Assembly: GCA_013265495.1 (NCBI GenBank)
Contig: MU058198.1
Coordinates: 4,343,579 to 4,407,578 of the forward strand
Reading direction: 5' to 3'
Source: Vicugna vicugna
Lineage: Eukaryota
Length of the DNA: 64,000 nucleotides
Below the pieces are notes generated by a model. It ran no database searches. It saw only the letters and a program-made list of their open reading frames with translations, and was not told the origin of the DNA. This document shows, piece after piece, positions 51,591 through 64,000 of this stretch (its first letter is position 1; each line of letters begins with the position of its first letter). Both the position numbers and the translations under genes were made by a program.

Positions 51591-54064
51591 TGACTGGGAT
51601 AGGGATACCGTGACTGGAATCAGGCAGACGTGAACTTGGCCTCCTTGGAGCCTGTCTTGCTGGAAACAGACATGAAGCAAGTAGTAACTGCAGTCTTGAT
51701 GGGTTATGAGGAGAAGCGCAGGTTCTCCTTTTATAGGTTACATTCCACTGGGACTAGTCATGATCTCCACTGTGCGCCTGAAACTCAAGTTAAGGGGGGA
51801 AGTGACCTGTCCAGGACCTCGTAGTACTTGCGTGCAGAATCAGTACTTTGCAGAGCTCTTGCCTGTGTGCTCCAGGAGTCTACACTTTTAGGGGGTGTGA
51901 GCATAGGTACCTGAAAGCCTGAAAAAGAAAGCATGAGGCTTAAGTGTTCTCCACTCATTCATTCAGCAAAAATGATCGAGATCTTACTTTGTGGCAGTCC
52001 CTTCCTTTTGGCTGGTTGGTGGGTACTCAGTAACTGGGAACACGTGATGGACAAGACTAACATGGTAAACTCACTGCCTAGTGGGAAAAGGCAGACAGGG
52101 AGGAAATAATTACCCATGAAATAACATAATTACGATTTTGTGTTGAGTGCTGAGAAATAGGGGGCACCATTAGAGTTTGTAATTTAGGCAATAATGTTTG
52201 AGCTGAGAACAGAAGGCTTAAAAAAAAAAAAGTAAATAGGGATGTTGGAGTGTTCAGGCAGAGCAGGGAAGGAGTGTGGTCTGTTAGAGGAACTGAATGA
52301 ATGCCCTGGAAGCTGGGGCCACGTAGGAACTGTAGGGTAGGGAAAACAAAGGTTTAGGTTAAGCCTTGTACTTTTTATCGGTTCTTGGAAACAAAGCATA
52401 GTGTGTTTCAGAACATGAACTCTGGAGCCAGACTATCAAGCTGGTCCCAGCTCTGCTGTTTGCAAGCTCTGTAAACTTGGGCAAGTTACTAAACCACTCT
52501 GTGTCTCTGTTTCCTGATCTGTAAAATGGGGATGATGATAACGCCTGCTTCATGGGCACTTGTAAAGATGAAAATAAAACCAATATTAGGAGAGCACTTG
52601 GAGCAGTGTCTGGCATGTAGTAGGTGTTAGTGGTGGTTGATTAAATAAATAGATAAATACATACTTAAGTATTAAAGGCTTGGAGGCAATCCCTGGTGAA
52701 ATTTGTGAACTTAAATGAATTGGACCTGACGTTACTTCTTCTGTTTTCCGTTGCTATTAACCACATCTGTAGCACTGTTGAATCAGAAACAATTTTTGTC
52801 ATTTGCTAAGAGAATTGGAAGTGTGGTCAGAATTACCTGGGGAAATAAAACACTTTGCAGTAGCATGTTAGGGTCAGGGTTATTTAATATTTTTTGGTAG
52901 TATGGGCTTAATATTTGTTGGGAACATTTTTGGCCACCTTGCTTACTTTAAAAAAGCAAATTAGCTGTGAAATAGCTGAGACACAAAAATACAGAGAAAT
53001 AGTATAACTAGAGCGTGCCTTTCCTTGACTCCCTCTGCTAGTTTTTGTCATGTCAGCTCTTCTTTGCCTCAGTTTCCAATGCCCTCTGTGTCTACAGACA
53101 TCTAAATGTTGGGTTGGATTTGGAACTGCAGAGAATCTAAGGCAGTAGCTTCCAGACCGAATGGTCCATCAGCATAGCCTGGGGGCTTTTAAAAGGTACT
53201 CAGGGCCTCCTGTAGACCCACTGAATCAGAATCTTCTGGGATAAGTCGCGGGTCATGAAAACCACATGTGTTTGCCACCTGGATGCATTGCGTCAAAGGT
53301 TTTCTTGCACCGGGTTTTCTCTCAGCTGAAAAAAACATGCAAAGAGATTGTGAGAATCCATAAGTTAATGTCTGAAGACACTTTGCTGGACTCAGTGACT
53401 TTCAGGTTCTGTGATACTGTGATCTCTGTCTTCACTGTAACATACAGCCCTTCAGTCTTGTCAAAAAAAAAAGTCATGTTGTGAGATAGGGCTTCTTTGC
53501 ATGAGTTGTGGACATACTGCTCTTTCTGCCTCAGTTTCCTCATCTTTCAAATGGGGGTAATAATGGTAACTGACCCTTTGGATGTGAGGATTAAAGGAGA
53601 TGGTCGATACAAAGGTTAACACAGGATCTGGCACCAGGGGAAGCCTTCAATAAATTATTGCTGGTTTTGATTTCCCTCCAGTCTGAGTATTATTTATTTT
53701 GAAGTTACTGAATATGTAGTAGGCATGGGTCAGGCTAGCTCCTGCCACACTGAATTACAGCTGTAAGATCCCTAAAATAGTGTTTAAAAAGCCATTTTTG
53801 CTTTCCAGGGCTCCTACAATTCTATTATTTCTGTTTTAATTTGCTCCCTCCTTTAGGATAGAGCCCTTCCACAGGTAAGAACGTTCTCTCTCTCCACGGG
53901 TTGTTGTGAGGATTAAATGTGGAATGCTTGTATCAGGGCTTAGCACATAGTAAGTGTTCAAAATTGATAGTTGCTGACACCATTACCACTCCCATTGTCA
54001 CCAAACCATTATCATTGTCATCATCCTGGCTGTCACTCCTACAGTGATAACTCTTTAAAAAATT

Positions 54065-54410
54065 TTTTTAATATTCTATTTTTTTATTGAAGTATAGTGA
54101 GTGTACAGTGTTGTGTCAATTTCTGGGGGTACAGCATAATGTCTCAGTCATACACATACATACATATATTCCTTTTTATATTCTTTTTCATTATAGGTTA
54201 CTGCAAGATACTGAATAGAGTTCCCCGTGCTGTACAGTAGAAACTTGTTTATCTCTTTTATATCTAGTAGTATCTGCAAATCCTGAACTCCCAGTTTATC
54301 CCTTCCCACCCCCTTTCCCCTCCTGGTGACCATAAGTTTGTTTCCTATGTCTGTGAGTCTGTGTCTGTGAATAAGTTCCTTTGTGTCTTTCTTTTTATCC
54401 CAGTTATAAG
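54065..54410 (-). mobile_element. L1 3' end (artiodactyl-type), antisense in LCMT1 intron 1
   Basis: tttttattgaagtatagtg...gaatagagttccccgtgctgtacagtag...ggtgaccataagtttgtttcctatgtctgtgagtctg. tgataactctt is repeated on both flanks. Confidence 0.8.
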
Positions 54411-55705
54411 TGAATACAGCGATAACTCTTGACTTAGAACTCTTCTGATTGGATATACTAGTAGGTTTATGCCTGGTAATACCATTTGACTTAACAGTTA
54501 TCTATACAGTGCTTACGATAGCTGACTCTCCCCCCTCCCCATTCCCCTTCTTATTTTCCGCACCATTCAGTGCCCCACATCAGTTACCCACTCTCTTGTT
54601 TATCCTTGCCCCCCCAGCCCCTCCAGCCACCCCCACTGTGTCCTCTGAAGCCACCCCTCCACAGTCACCAGCTGCCTCCATTTGCTCAGCCTCCCCTCAG
54701 CTATTCCCTCCCTCTCTTTGCCTTGAGCTTAGGGAGATCCTTCACTTAAAGCCCTCTCAAGTCACAGCTCGGTTTTCTCATACCCTGGATGTCTCAGGAT
54801 CAGGAGGTTCAAAATTTGTGTCCCCACTGCTCTTTGTTCCCTCACCACACTTCTTCGAGACCCATGTCCCCTGCACCCTCTCCTCCTCCACGTGATTGTT
54901 TTCTGCCTGCTGCTGGTTATTCACCTACCTTGTTGAAGACTTGGCACCTGGCCCACAGGCCTTCCTCCCTGCCTCAGTTCTTGCCATCATCCTTGGTGTG
55001 CGTGTGGAGGACCCAGCTACACACAGGGCGCTCTTTCCTTTAACACCTTGTCTGCGGTGGTTACCTCTTCTTGTCCACCTGTCACCATTCCTGCCACGAT
55101 ACCCTGCATTTCCATCCAGGTGCTGTACCGCCTCACAGCCCCACCCTCCAACCCCAGTCTCTTCTTTCCAGCCAGCTTGGTCAGTTATTTCTCATCCACC
55201 GTCAGCGTCTTTCTCCTCGGGACCTCCATGGTTTTCTCTAGCCTGGAGAGACTTCCTTGAGGCTGTTCCCTCTCAGTTGAGCTTAGAGTTCATAGTCCAT
55301 CCTTCTGTAATTCTCTTGGCAATGCCTTTGTCTCCCTTGCCCTTCATCCTAGTAAACCCCATACCATGGTGGGACCAGATTATCCACTTTCACCTTGAAT
55401 ACTGGTGGGGGAAATCACACAGCCTGGCACGGCCAGGTGCCGCTGTGCATTCACAGCAACCAGCTTCACCTGCATCCTTTCTAGTATGAGTGTCTGGTCA
55501 ACAACTCACTTTCTCACTCTCCGCAATACTTAAATCAGACATTTTCCACTTTCCGAAAGCTTCTGATTTACTCCACCCTGTTTCATCTTCAAGATAACAG
55601 GATGATATTATGGGTATTGCTTAACATAGAAAATAGATGCCTTCCGATTGGCACACCTTTAACTTCCCTCCAGGAAACTCAACCATCCTTTCCTACTGCT
55701 TCAGT

Positions 55706-56273
55706 TGTCAACGTCTGCCAGCAAAGACCATTAGAAACACACAGTTAAATGAGTTTAAATACTCATTTTAATGAGGGAGAACTCCCATCATGGGGAGCTT
55801 CCGGGCCTCTCAGTAAGGGATGTTAGAACTTACAGGGTTTGGGCTTTGGTTGGATAATTTTGGGAAGAGTTCCGGGAAGCAGGGGTTTGCTCTGGATTGG
55901 ATGCTGACAGGAGGTGGGGACAGGTCTGGGATTGGCTAGCTCAATCAGAGTTTTCTAGAAGGAGGTGTGACTAGACTGACATGCTGTAATTCACAAAGAA
56001 GCCACAGGCAGTCACGTGGGAGAGAGGAACGTTTGCTGCTCTGCAGGCCGGGTGGCCTTGTTTTTGGCTGTTTAGACAAAATTATGAAGCAGTCCTGTTT
56101 TGTCTTCACTTCATCACTGTGCAACTTTTGTGCTAGCTGTTTGGCGAGACTGTTTATGTCCAACAGGAGGAATTCATGGTCTCTGAACACCAGGCAGCAT
56201 CTAACAACGCTGGATCCCAGCTCACGGCGCCAGGCCAGCTCCTAGGGGATAGCGCTGCTTTCCGTTTTTTCAC
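55706..56273. mobile_element. Probable old solo LTR
   Basis: TG...CA-bounded block of about 570 bp with LTR-like motifs, interrupting pyrimidine-rich L2-like DNA. Family not assigned. Confidence 0.4.
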
Positions 56274-58956
56274 AGGGGAGGAGGTGAGTCTTAAACAGAC
56301 AAACGGGTTTGCCAGGCAGATGACAATAGCAGGAGCCGAAGAGCATAGAGACTGAAGCAGCGTGGTGTCTTAGTGAACTTGACATTGGGTGGTGGGGGGA
56401 GGGGTGAAAGCAAGAGAGAATTCAAGAAAGACTGTCAAAGGATAAAATGGGGAAGGTCATGAGGGCTTTTCAGTGGGGAGAATGACATGATCTGGATTTG
56501 TGTTTTCGAAAATCCCCAGCAGCCATGCGGGAGATGGGCTGGCGACAAAGAGGAAGTCTGTTCCCTTTTCCTTCCCGCCAACCATAGCCCCTGCTCAGTC
56601 TCCTTGCTCCCAAATCTTGCAACACATCTTTATTGTTCTGTCTGCTTCTAGTCTAGCCTCCTCCCCTGGCCAAGTGTTTCTGCTGTGGCCGGGGTGATGT
56701 TTCAGAATCACAAATCTTCTCCTGTCACTTTGTTACTTGGAACCTTTCGATTCTCCATCAGCCACAAGGTCAAAATCCACACTCCGTTGCATGACACACC
56801 TCACCTTTCCTGATATGATTGTACTGCCCTGGGCCTGACCGCTGCCACCTGGAAATCACCATTCAGATCTCTCAGAATGATCTCAAATTATTTCTAAAGC
56901 CAAGCTCAAGATCACTTTCCTGTCTTTTCCTCCTTGCCACCCCCACCCTCCCAGGGAATGGTGCCATTGTCCACGCAGACCATGGCAGGCATCATGGTGG
57001 AACCGCCCTTTCACTTACCCCCAAAGCCATCAATCACCCAGGCCTTTGATTTTTGTCTGTGAAATGTTTCTGGAAGCTACCTCCTTTTCTCCACCTCACT
57101 GCTGCCATCTCAGTCCACAGTGAGGTCATGGGCCATGCCACTCGTCTGCTCCCTCTGCTCCCCAGTTGCTCCTACCCCCAGAGGTTTGCAAAAGGCACAT
57201 CGGACTGGGTCACTCCCTAGTGTAACAGCTTCTTGTTATTGTTAGAAAAAGAGCAAAGTTCCTCATGTGGTCTGCCCAGCCCTGCCCGTTCTGTATGGCT
57301 TCTCCAGCCTCACTTCACCCTCCTCTTCCCTTCTCCCCTCCATCCTCTCAGTTCCCCAAGTGTGCCCTGGCCCTGCCTTCCTTGGGGCCTTTCAGCAGGC
57401 CATTCTTTATTGAGACCCTACTCAACTTAACGGAGGTCTGGTTCTAGTGCAGGTGCAGAAGGGAGTGGAACAGGCAAGAGTGGAGCTCTTATGGGGCATT
57501 TATTCCAGTGGGAGAAGCGGCCAGGAAACACACAAGCCAAACACCTGGCACATGAGCTCAGAGAGATGCAGTAGGATGCTGGGGGGAGTTGTAATGTGAG
57601 CTAGGGTGGCCAGGGAAGCCCCCCCTGCCGAAGGTCAATGCTGGGGAAAGGAATAAGCCCATGGAGGGATATCTGCAGAAACAGTGTCCCGGGCAGAGGG
57701 AAAAGAGAGAACTGAGGCCCCGAGGCAGGAGTTGGCATGCCCCAGGAGCAGCAAGGCCTGAGCGAATGAAAGGGAAGAGAGTAGCAGGTGTTGCCGGCTC
57801 TTGGAAGATCCCAGCTGTCACTCTAAGTGAGGTGGGAGCCGAGCCGCTGGAGGGCTTTGGACAGAAGATGGAGGCGACCTGACTTGGGTTTCAGTAGGAC
57901 GCCTTGAGTTTCTCTGTGGAGGCCAGACTGTTTAGGGCGCAAGCCCAGAGGCAGGGAGACCTGCTGTCACAATATTCCAAGTCAGAGATGCTGGCGGCTT
58001 GGAGCAGGATGGTCGCAGTGGAGGTGCTGAGAACCTGCCTGATCCTGGATCCACTGTGAAGGCAGAGCTGATAGAACGGACTGACAGATTGGGGGGTGGG
58101 CTGAGATTGAGGGGTCGAAAGTGACCCCAAGGTGTTTGGCTTTATCTCAGGGAAGCCATCTGGCACCTGCAGACAAGATACAGCCCCTTGTTACATGTTC
58201 TCATAACACTCCGCGCACGCCCAGTTGGAATTCAGACATGTTTAATGTTTGTCTCCCCCACCAGAGTTAGCCCAGTACCCAGCAGGGACATGTGTACCTT
58301 AGTGCCATTCGCACGATAGACACACAGTAAGTGTTTGTCAGATGGCTAAAGTCAACTGAAGGCAAAAGTTCAAGATTGTTTCCTGAGGAGCTCTTAAAAT
58401 TCTGGCTTTCTGTTTTACTGGGTTTTGGTGGTCCAAATGTTTTAGAAACCAGACCAGGGGCTGTAAGGCTGAAACTCCATTGTGTCAATTATAGACGTTC
58501 CTCTGATTTCTCAACTGAACTGAAAGATATCCCCACCCGCCCCGCCTTGCCATGCAAGCAGCTCACAGGCTCACCTCTGGGGAAAGCCTGTGTTTTTCTA
58601 AGGGCACTGGCCTCTCAGCACACTGATTGCATCTTCACAGCTCTGCCCCAGAGAGCAGGGCCAATAGTTTGATCTGAACTATTTTGAAGGCAGATGCAAT
58701 GCTGTTTTCCATCCCTAGGGAAGACATGTCACCTTAGAACCGGAACATTCTGTCGAGGATATGTTAGCTGCCAAACTTGCCCATCAGGAAGGTCAAGTAA
58801 ATCACTGATTTTTTTTCATCCTCTCCCTTTTTTTTTTAAAATAAAAGGAATGAATTAGATTTTAGAAAATATCTGGGAAAGATAATGATTTTAGATCTTG
58901 AATAGAAATATCACATTTTTTTTCTCTCTAATTTGTTTAAGTGACAAAAGTGAGGT

Positions 58957-59176
58957 CAGGTGACCTTGAACAACATGGATTTGATCTGCATAGGTGCACT
59001 TATACAGGGATTTTTTATCCCCCTTAATATGTGCCGTAGTTCTACACAGTCCTATGGTGGTTGAATCTGTGGATGTGAAACCGAGGATACAGACAGCCAA
59101 CTGTAAAGCTATACGTGGATTTTCTACTGCATGGGGTTTGGCGCCCCTAACTGTCACATTGCTTAAGGGTCAGCTG
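58957..59176. mobile_element. Tigger-family MITE (MER8-like) DNA transposon
   Basis: Terminal inverted repeats caggtgaccttgaacaa ... ttgcttaagggtcagctg followed by TA. Confidence 0.75.
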
Positions 59177-60872
59177 TACATTTTCTCCACTTAGGAGCCT
59201 ACTGTGAATATATTGTACATGCAGTTTCACCCAGATCTGCCTCATTTTTTTTTTTAACTGGCCGCACAGAGTTCTGCAGTGTGCTTGTACTTTATTTGGC
59301 TGTCCTTTTGGTCAACATCTAGGTGGTTATGATTTTGCTCTTCAGATCGTGCTGTGATGAGCAGCTTTGCCCAGGTGTTTGAGTTTTCCTATGAGATGGA
59401 TTTCAGGGGAGAAGTTTCTGCAGAATGGTGCTCAAGTTCTATCAGTTTCCATTCCATCCGTGGTGAGGGGAGATGCTAATCCTGAGACCTTCTCAGTCTC
59501 TTAGATTGTTCATCAACCAGAAGGTGGGGAATAATAACCTGTTTTTGATTTGTGTTTCTAACTTCGAGACTGAGGCCACGCACTTTTTTGTCTGCTCACA
59601 CTTAGTGGTGTTTGTGATGTGAACCCTCCCTCCCATGTCACTGTCCAGCCGGGTGGTTGTCTCGTTTGGTTATCTGTATTTTTATTACCAATTAGTGAGG
59701 CCCCTTTGTCACTGGGATGGTGATCCTTCACCTCTGTGTTTGTTACAGTGTTTTCTCTCAAGCTGATGCTCATCTTTCAGTTTAGCTTGTGTTATATATT
59801 TCTTTTTTCTCCTCCACTTTTAAAAGTTGAAGCTTCATTGATTTACAATGTTGGGTTTGTTTCTGGTGTACAGCATGGAGATTCCACTATACATATATAT
59901 GTATTCTTTTTCATGTTCTTTTGCATTATAGGCTATACAAGGCATTGAATATAGTTCCCTGTGCTGTAAGTAGGACCTTGTTATTTCTCTCTGTACATTT
60001 CATAATGCAGAAATAGTGAGTTATGGTACAGAATCTGACATTCTAACTTCAGTGGCTTTTGGGTGATGTTTTGAAAGACCATTCTCAACCATTATATCAT
60101 TTTCTTTTGGCATTTTATGGTTTTGGTTTTAATGCTTAGATCATCCATCTGGCTTTATTATTTTTTATATTATAAAGTAGCAGTTTTAATTAATTTCGTC
60201 TCAAATTATTAGCCAGTTGTCCACACACCATCTATTGAATGGTCTGTATTTCCCCATTGATTTGAAATGACACTTGTGTTATATACCAAATTCTTGTATG
60301 TACTTTAACACAGCAGTGCATATGTCACTCTTGACTTTCGGTTGAAATTGCTTTTTTTTTTTTCATTTTGATGTCTGAAAACTTTTGACTCACAAAGTTA
60401 CTCAGTTGTGAATGGATTGAAAGCTCCCATAGCTTGCTTTGTAGAGGAAGAATAAGGTTTGTAGTAGGGATATCAGAATTTTCTTAGTCTATTTGAGCAG
60501 CTGAGCTCCAGGAAGAAAGAAGAGAAAAGGGATATTAGCAAAAGACATGAATGTCCTAAGTCTGTCCCTTTTCATCAGGAAAGCAGTAGCTGTTGGGGAA
60601 GCCCCACTGTTAGACTTCTATGTGCTTCTTATTAGCCAGAATTAGGACACATGGACCCCTTGCTAGCTGCAGCAAAGAGGGGAGGTGAGAATTTCAAATA
60701 GGGCAGATTGACGCCTCAAACCAAACTGACATCCTCTTAGGAAGAAGAGGGAGACATTATTGGAAAGAGAACTTGGAAGGTCTACTACATCCCACATGCT
60801 TACTTTTTTTTCCTGTCTAGAATTTTCTTAGGTATTCTTAAGCAAGAGGGAGGGAGAGGAAGGGTTTGGGAG

Positions 60873-63800
60873 AGAGGGAGAGAATTTGCACAGAATACAA
60901 TGTTCAGTTTGATGAGGGTTGACAGTTGTGTATATCTGTGTACGACCTCCAGAACAAAATAGAAAATATTTCTGAAACTCCAGAAAGTTCCCTTCTGTCT
61001 CTTTCTAATTAGTCTCCTTACCCCAAGCTAGCAACCATTTTCTGATTTCAGTTCCACAGGTTAGATTTGCTTTGATGCTTCGATCATCCATCTGGCTTTA
61101 CTATTTTGTATGTTATAAGGTAGCATCTTAGCACATATACATGGAATCATAGAGTCTGAATTCTTTTTGTGTCTTCTTTGACACATTCTTTGAGATTCAT
61201 CCATGTTACACACATTGTCAAAGATAGGCAAAGCCGAACACTGTAGTGGTAAGGTCAGATTTTCTGCAGCAATCACTGCTGCAATAGGGAAAAGAATCCA
61301 GCGTGAACTAAACTCAACTCCAATTTGGGCAGAAGGCACTTTATAAGGAGAATGAGAGAAGAAGAAAGGTGGTGAGCAAGAGCTCAGTCAAATCAGTGAA
61401 AAATTACAGAAAATGGGAGACAGTGTGTTGGTCTAGATCTGGATTTGCCATCTGGATTTGCTAACTGGGTGACAGGGGCCCTGTCTTCAGGTGTTGGCTG
61501 GAACAAACAGTGACTTCTTTTGGCAGCCTTGAATTTTCTCAGGCAGGTACACTGAGGGGGCCTAGAGGCATCCTAGGGGAGTGGCTTTGAGCTGTTAAAA
61601 ACTCTGTTAGTGTGTGTTCAGGTCTTTATATTACAGGCCCAGATTGAGGTCTAGTCGAGAAGAGGGCCCAGAGGAGCCTGGCTAGACGTTGGTTCAAGGA
61701 GAGAATCTTTGTTACTGTGAAATAGTTTACTGCTTTTTATTTTGTGTGAATACACTATGATTTGTTCATCCATTCACCTGAGGATGAACATTTGACTCGC
61801 ATCCAGTTTTGGCCAGTGTGAATAGGGTGCAATGAACATTCTTATATAAGTCTGAAATTTCTCTTGGATAAATACCTATGAGTGGAATGGCTTAGTCGTA
61901 GGGTGGGTATGTGTCAACTGCCAGACTAATTTCCAAAGTGGTTTATCAGTTTGCACTTTCCACCAGCAGTGCCTCCAACCTCCAGTTGCTCCATATTCCT
62001 CGTTAAACTTTTGGTGTTGTCCGTGGGTGTGAGAGGCCATCTCATTATGGTCTTAAACGGCACTTCCCTGCTGACGGATGTCGTTACGCACCCTTTGTGC
62101 GCTCGTCGGCCATTCCTACGTCTTTTGTGAACCATCTGTTTAGGTCTTTTGCCCATTTTTGTTGCTGATGATGTTGTTGGTTTTGACTTGCTTGGAGTTT
62201 TGTTTCATATTCTAGATAGGAATCCTTTGTCAGATAGATGCGTTGTAAATATACATACATGTATAGGAAAATGAAAATTTAAAATATTTACAATAGCATT
62301 AAAACACCACCTGTCTAAATCCCAGTTGAAATCCTAACCATCTTTTTTGAAGAAATTCACAAATTGATTCTAAATTGTATATGAAAACACAAAGGATTCA
62401 GACTAGCCAAAAAAAAAAAACCTTCAAAAGAAGAACAAAGTTGGAGAACTTAACACTACTTAATACTACTTAATTTTAAGACTCACCATAATCAAAAAAA
62501 ATGTGGTTTTGGCGCGAAGGTAGAAAAAGAGATCAATGAAACGGAATAGAGTTCAGAAATAGGCCTACAACCGAAACTGTCAGCTGATTTTTCCCCAGAG
62601 TGCCAAGTCAGTTAGTTCAACAGGGGAACGGAAAGCCTTAACCCATAGTTCTGAATCAACTACATATTCAGGTGGAACATTGACTTCATTCTGTACACAC
62701 GTTCTAATTGGAGATGGATTGTAAGCCTAAATATAAAAGCTGGAACCGTAAAGCTTCTATATGAAAACATGGGCAACTATCTTGGCAGCCGTGGGGTAGG
62801 TAAATATTTTATGTACAGAACAAAAAAAGCACTAACTACAAAGGAAAAATAGATACACTTAGAAAATGAACAGACAAGCCACATCCTGGGAGAAAATATT
62901 TGGAATACGTGTTCTTAACTGTTTTGTTTTTTCCAGAAGTGTGTTAACATTATTCAGGTCCATGGATGGCATCCTGTTACTGTGTTCTGTGTTAATTATA
63001 TCAAATATGTATATATATTAAAAACTTAGATATGAGACGTTGTACCAAGGGGGCTGATTGGATTCTCCTACTTACTTCACTCTGTGAATGTTGGTTCCTT
63101 CTCTGTTTACACTTTGCCCACTGTTCAATGACTGCTTACGAGAGAGAAGAGGGAGAGAATTTGCACAGAATACAATGTTCAGTTTGATGAGGGTTGACAG
63201 TTGTGTATATCTGTGTACGACCACCAGAACAAAATAGAAAATATTTCTGAAACTCCAGAAGGTTCCCTCTGTCTCTTTCGAGTTAGTCTCCTTACCCCGA
63301 GCTAGCAACCATTTTCCGATTTCAGTTCCACAGGTTAGATTTGCTTTGATGCTTCAGATCATCCATCTGGCTTTACTATTTTGTATGTTATAAGGTAGCA
63401 GTTATAAGGTATCATCTTAGCACATATACATGGAATCATAGAGTCTGAATTCTTTTTGTGTCTTCTTTGACACATTCTTTGAGATTCATCCATGTTACAC
63501 ACATTGTCAAAGATAGGCAAAGCCGAACACTGTAGTGGTAAGGTCAGATTTTCTGCAGCAATCACTGCTGCAATAGGGAAAAGAATCCAGCGTGAACTAA
63601 ACTCAACTCCAATTTGGGCAGAAGGCACTTTATAAGGAGAATGAGAGAAGAAGAAAGGTGGTGAGCAAGAGCTCAGTCAAATCAGTGAAAAATTACAGAA
63701 AATGGGAGACAGTGTGTTGGTCTAGATCTGGATTTGCCATCTGGATTTGCTAACTGGGTGACAGGGGCCCTGTCTTCAGGTGTTGGCTGGAACAAACAGT

Positions 63801-64000
63801 GACTTCTTTTGGCAGCCTTGAATTTTCTCAGGCAGGTACACTGAGGGGGCCTAGAGGCATCCTAGGGGAGTGGCTTTGAGCTGTTAAAAACTCTGTTAGT
63901 GTGTGTTCAGGTCTTTATATTACAGGCCCAGATTGAGGTCTAGTCGAGAAGAGGGCCCAGAGGAGCCTGGCTAGACGTTGGTTCAAGGAGAGAATCTTTG
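60873..64000 (+). repeat. Recent local duplication: 60873-61711 repeated at 63148-64000 (continues to the window edge)
   Basis: Near-identical sequence. The duplicated ORFs 61061-61339 and 63359-63628 share their N-terminal 70+ residues. Confidence 0.93.
61216..61714 (-). mobile_element. Solo LTR-like element nested in an antisense L1 fragment (second copy from 63505 to the window end)
   Basis: Starts tgtcaaagata and ends gagaatctttgtta. It interrupts an L1-like sequence that resumes afterwards (catccattcacctgaggatgaacattt). Family not assigned. Confidence 0.55.

Noticed and set aside
54449..55489. Adjacent 148-aa and 197-aa P/S/L-rich ORFs
   Set aside because: Pyrimidine-rich old repeat-like sequence in LCMT1 intron 1 with non-ATG starts and no similarity to LCMT1 exon 2.
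61061..61339. Duplicated ~90-aa ORF (also at 63359-63628)
   Set aside because: A chance ORF spanning an L1/LTR junction. Its identity between copies only reflects the recent DNA duplication.

Overview
This is mammalian genomic DNA. The tRNA-derived SINE family resembles the camelid Vic-1 type, so a camelid source is likely (inference). The window holds the 5' end of ARHGAP17 (minus strand, coding exons 1-3, with a GC-type first donor) and the 5' end of LCMT1 (plus strand, exon 1), each with a CpG island. The standout feature lies between them: an intronless, uninterrupted 1921-codon retrocopy of TRIP11/GMAP-210 (37112-42877). It keeps a parent-like 5'UTR, a polyA signal and an A-tail remnant, and sits head-to-head about 0.6 kb upstream of the ARHGAP17 start codon. 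It is strongly diverged yet keeps its frame, the N-terminal ALPS-like segment and the C-terminal GRAB region, so it is a candidate functional retrogene using the ARHGAP17 promoter. The rest is intronic or intergenic: SINE, L1, L2, MER and LTR remnants, an ERVL-type provirus relic with a tRNA-Ser PBS, and several recent local duplications. Gene and repeat identities come from recalled sequences, not database searches.
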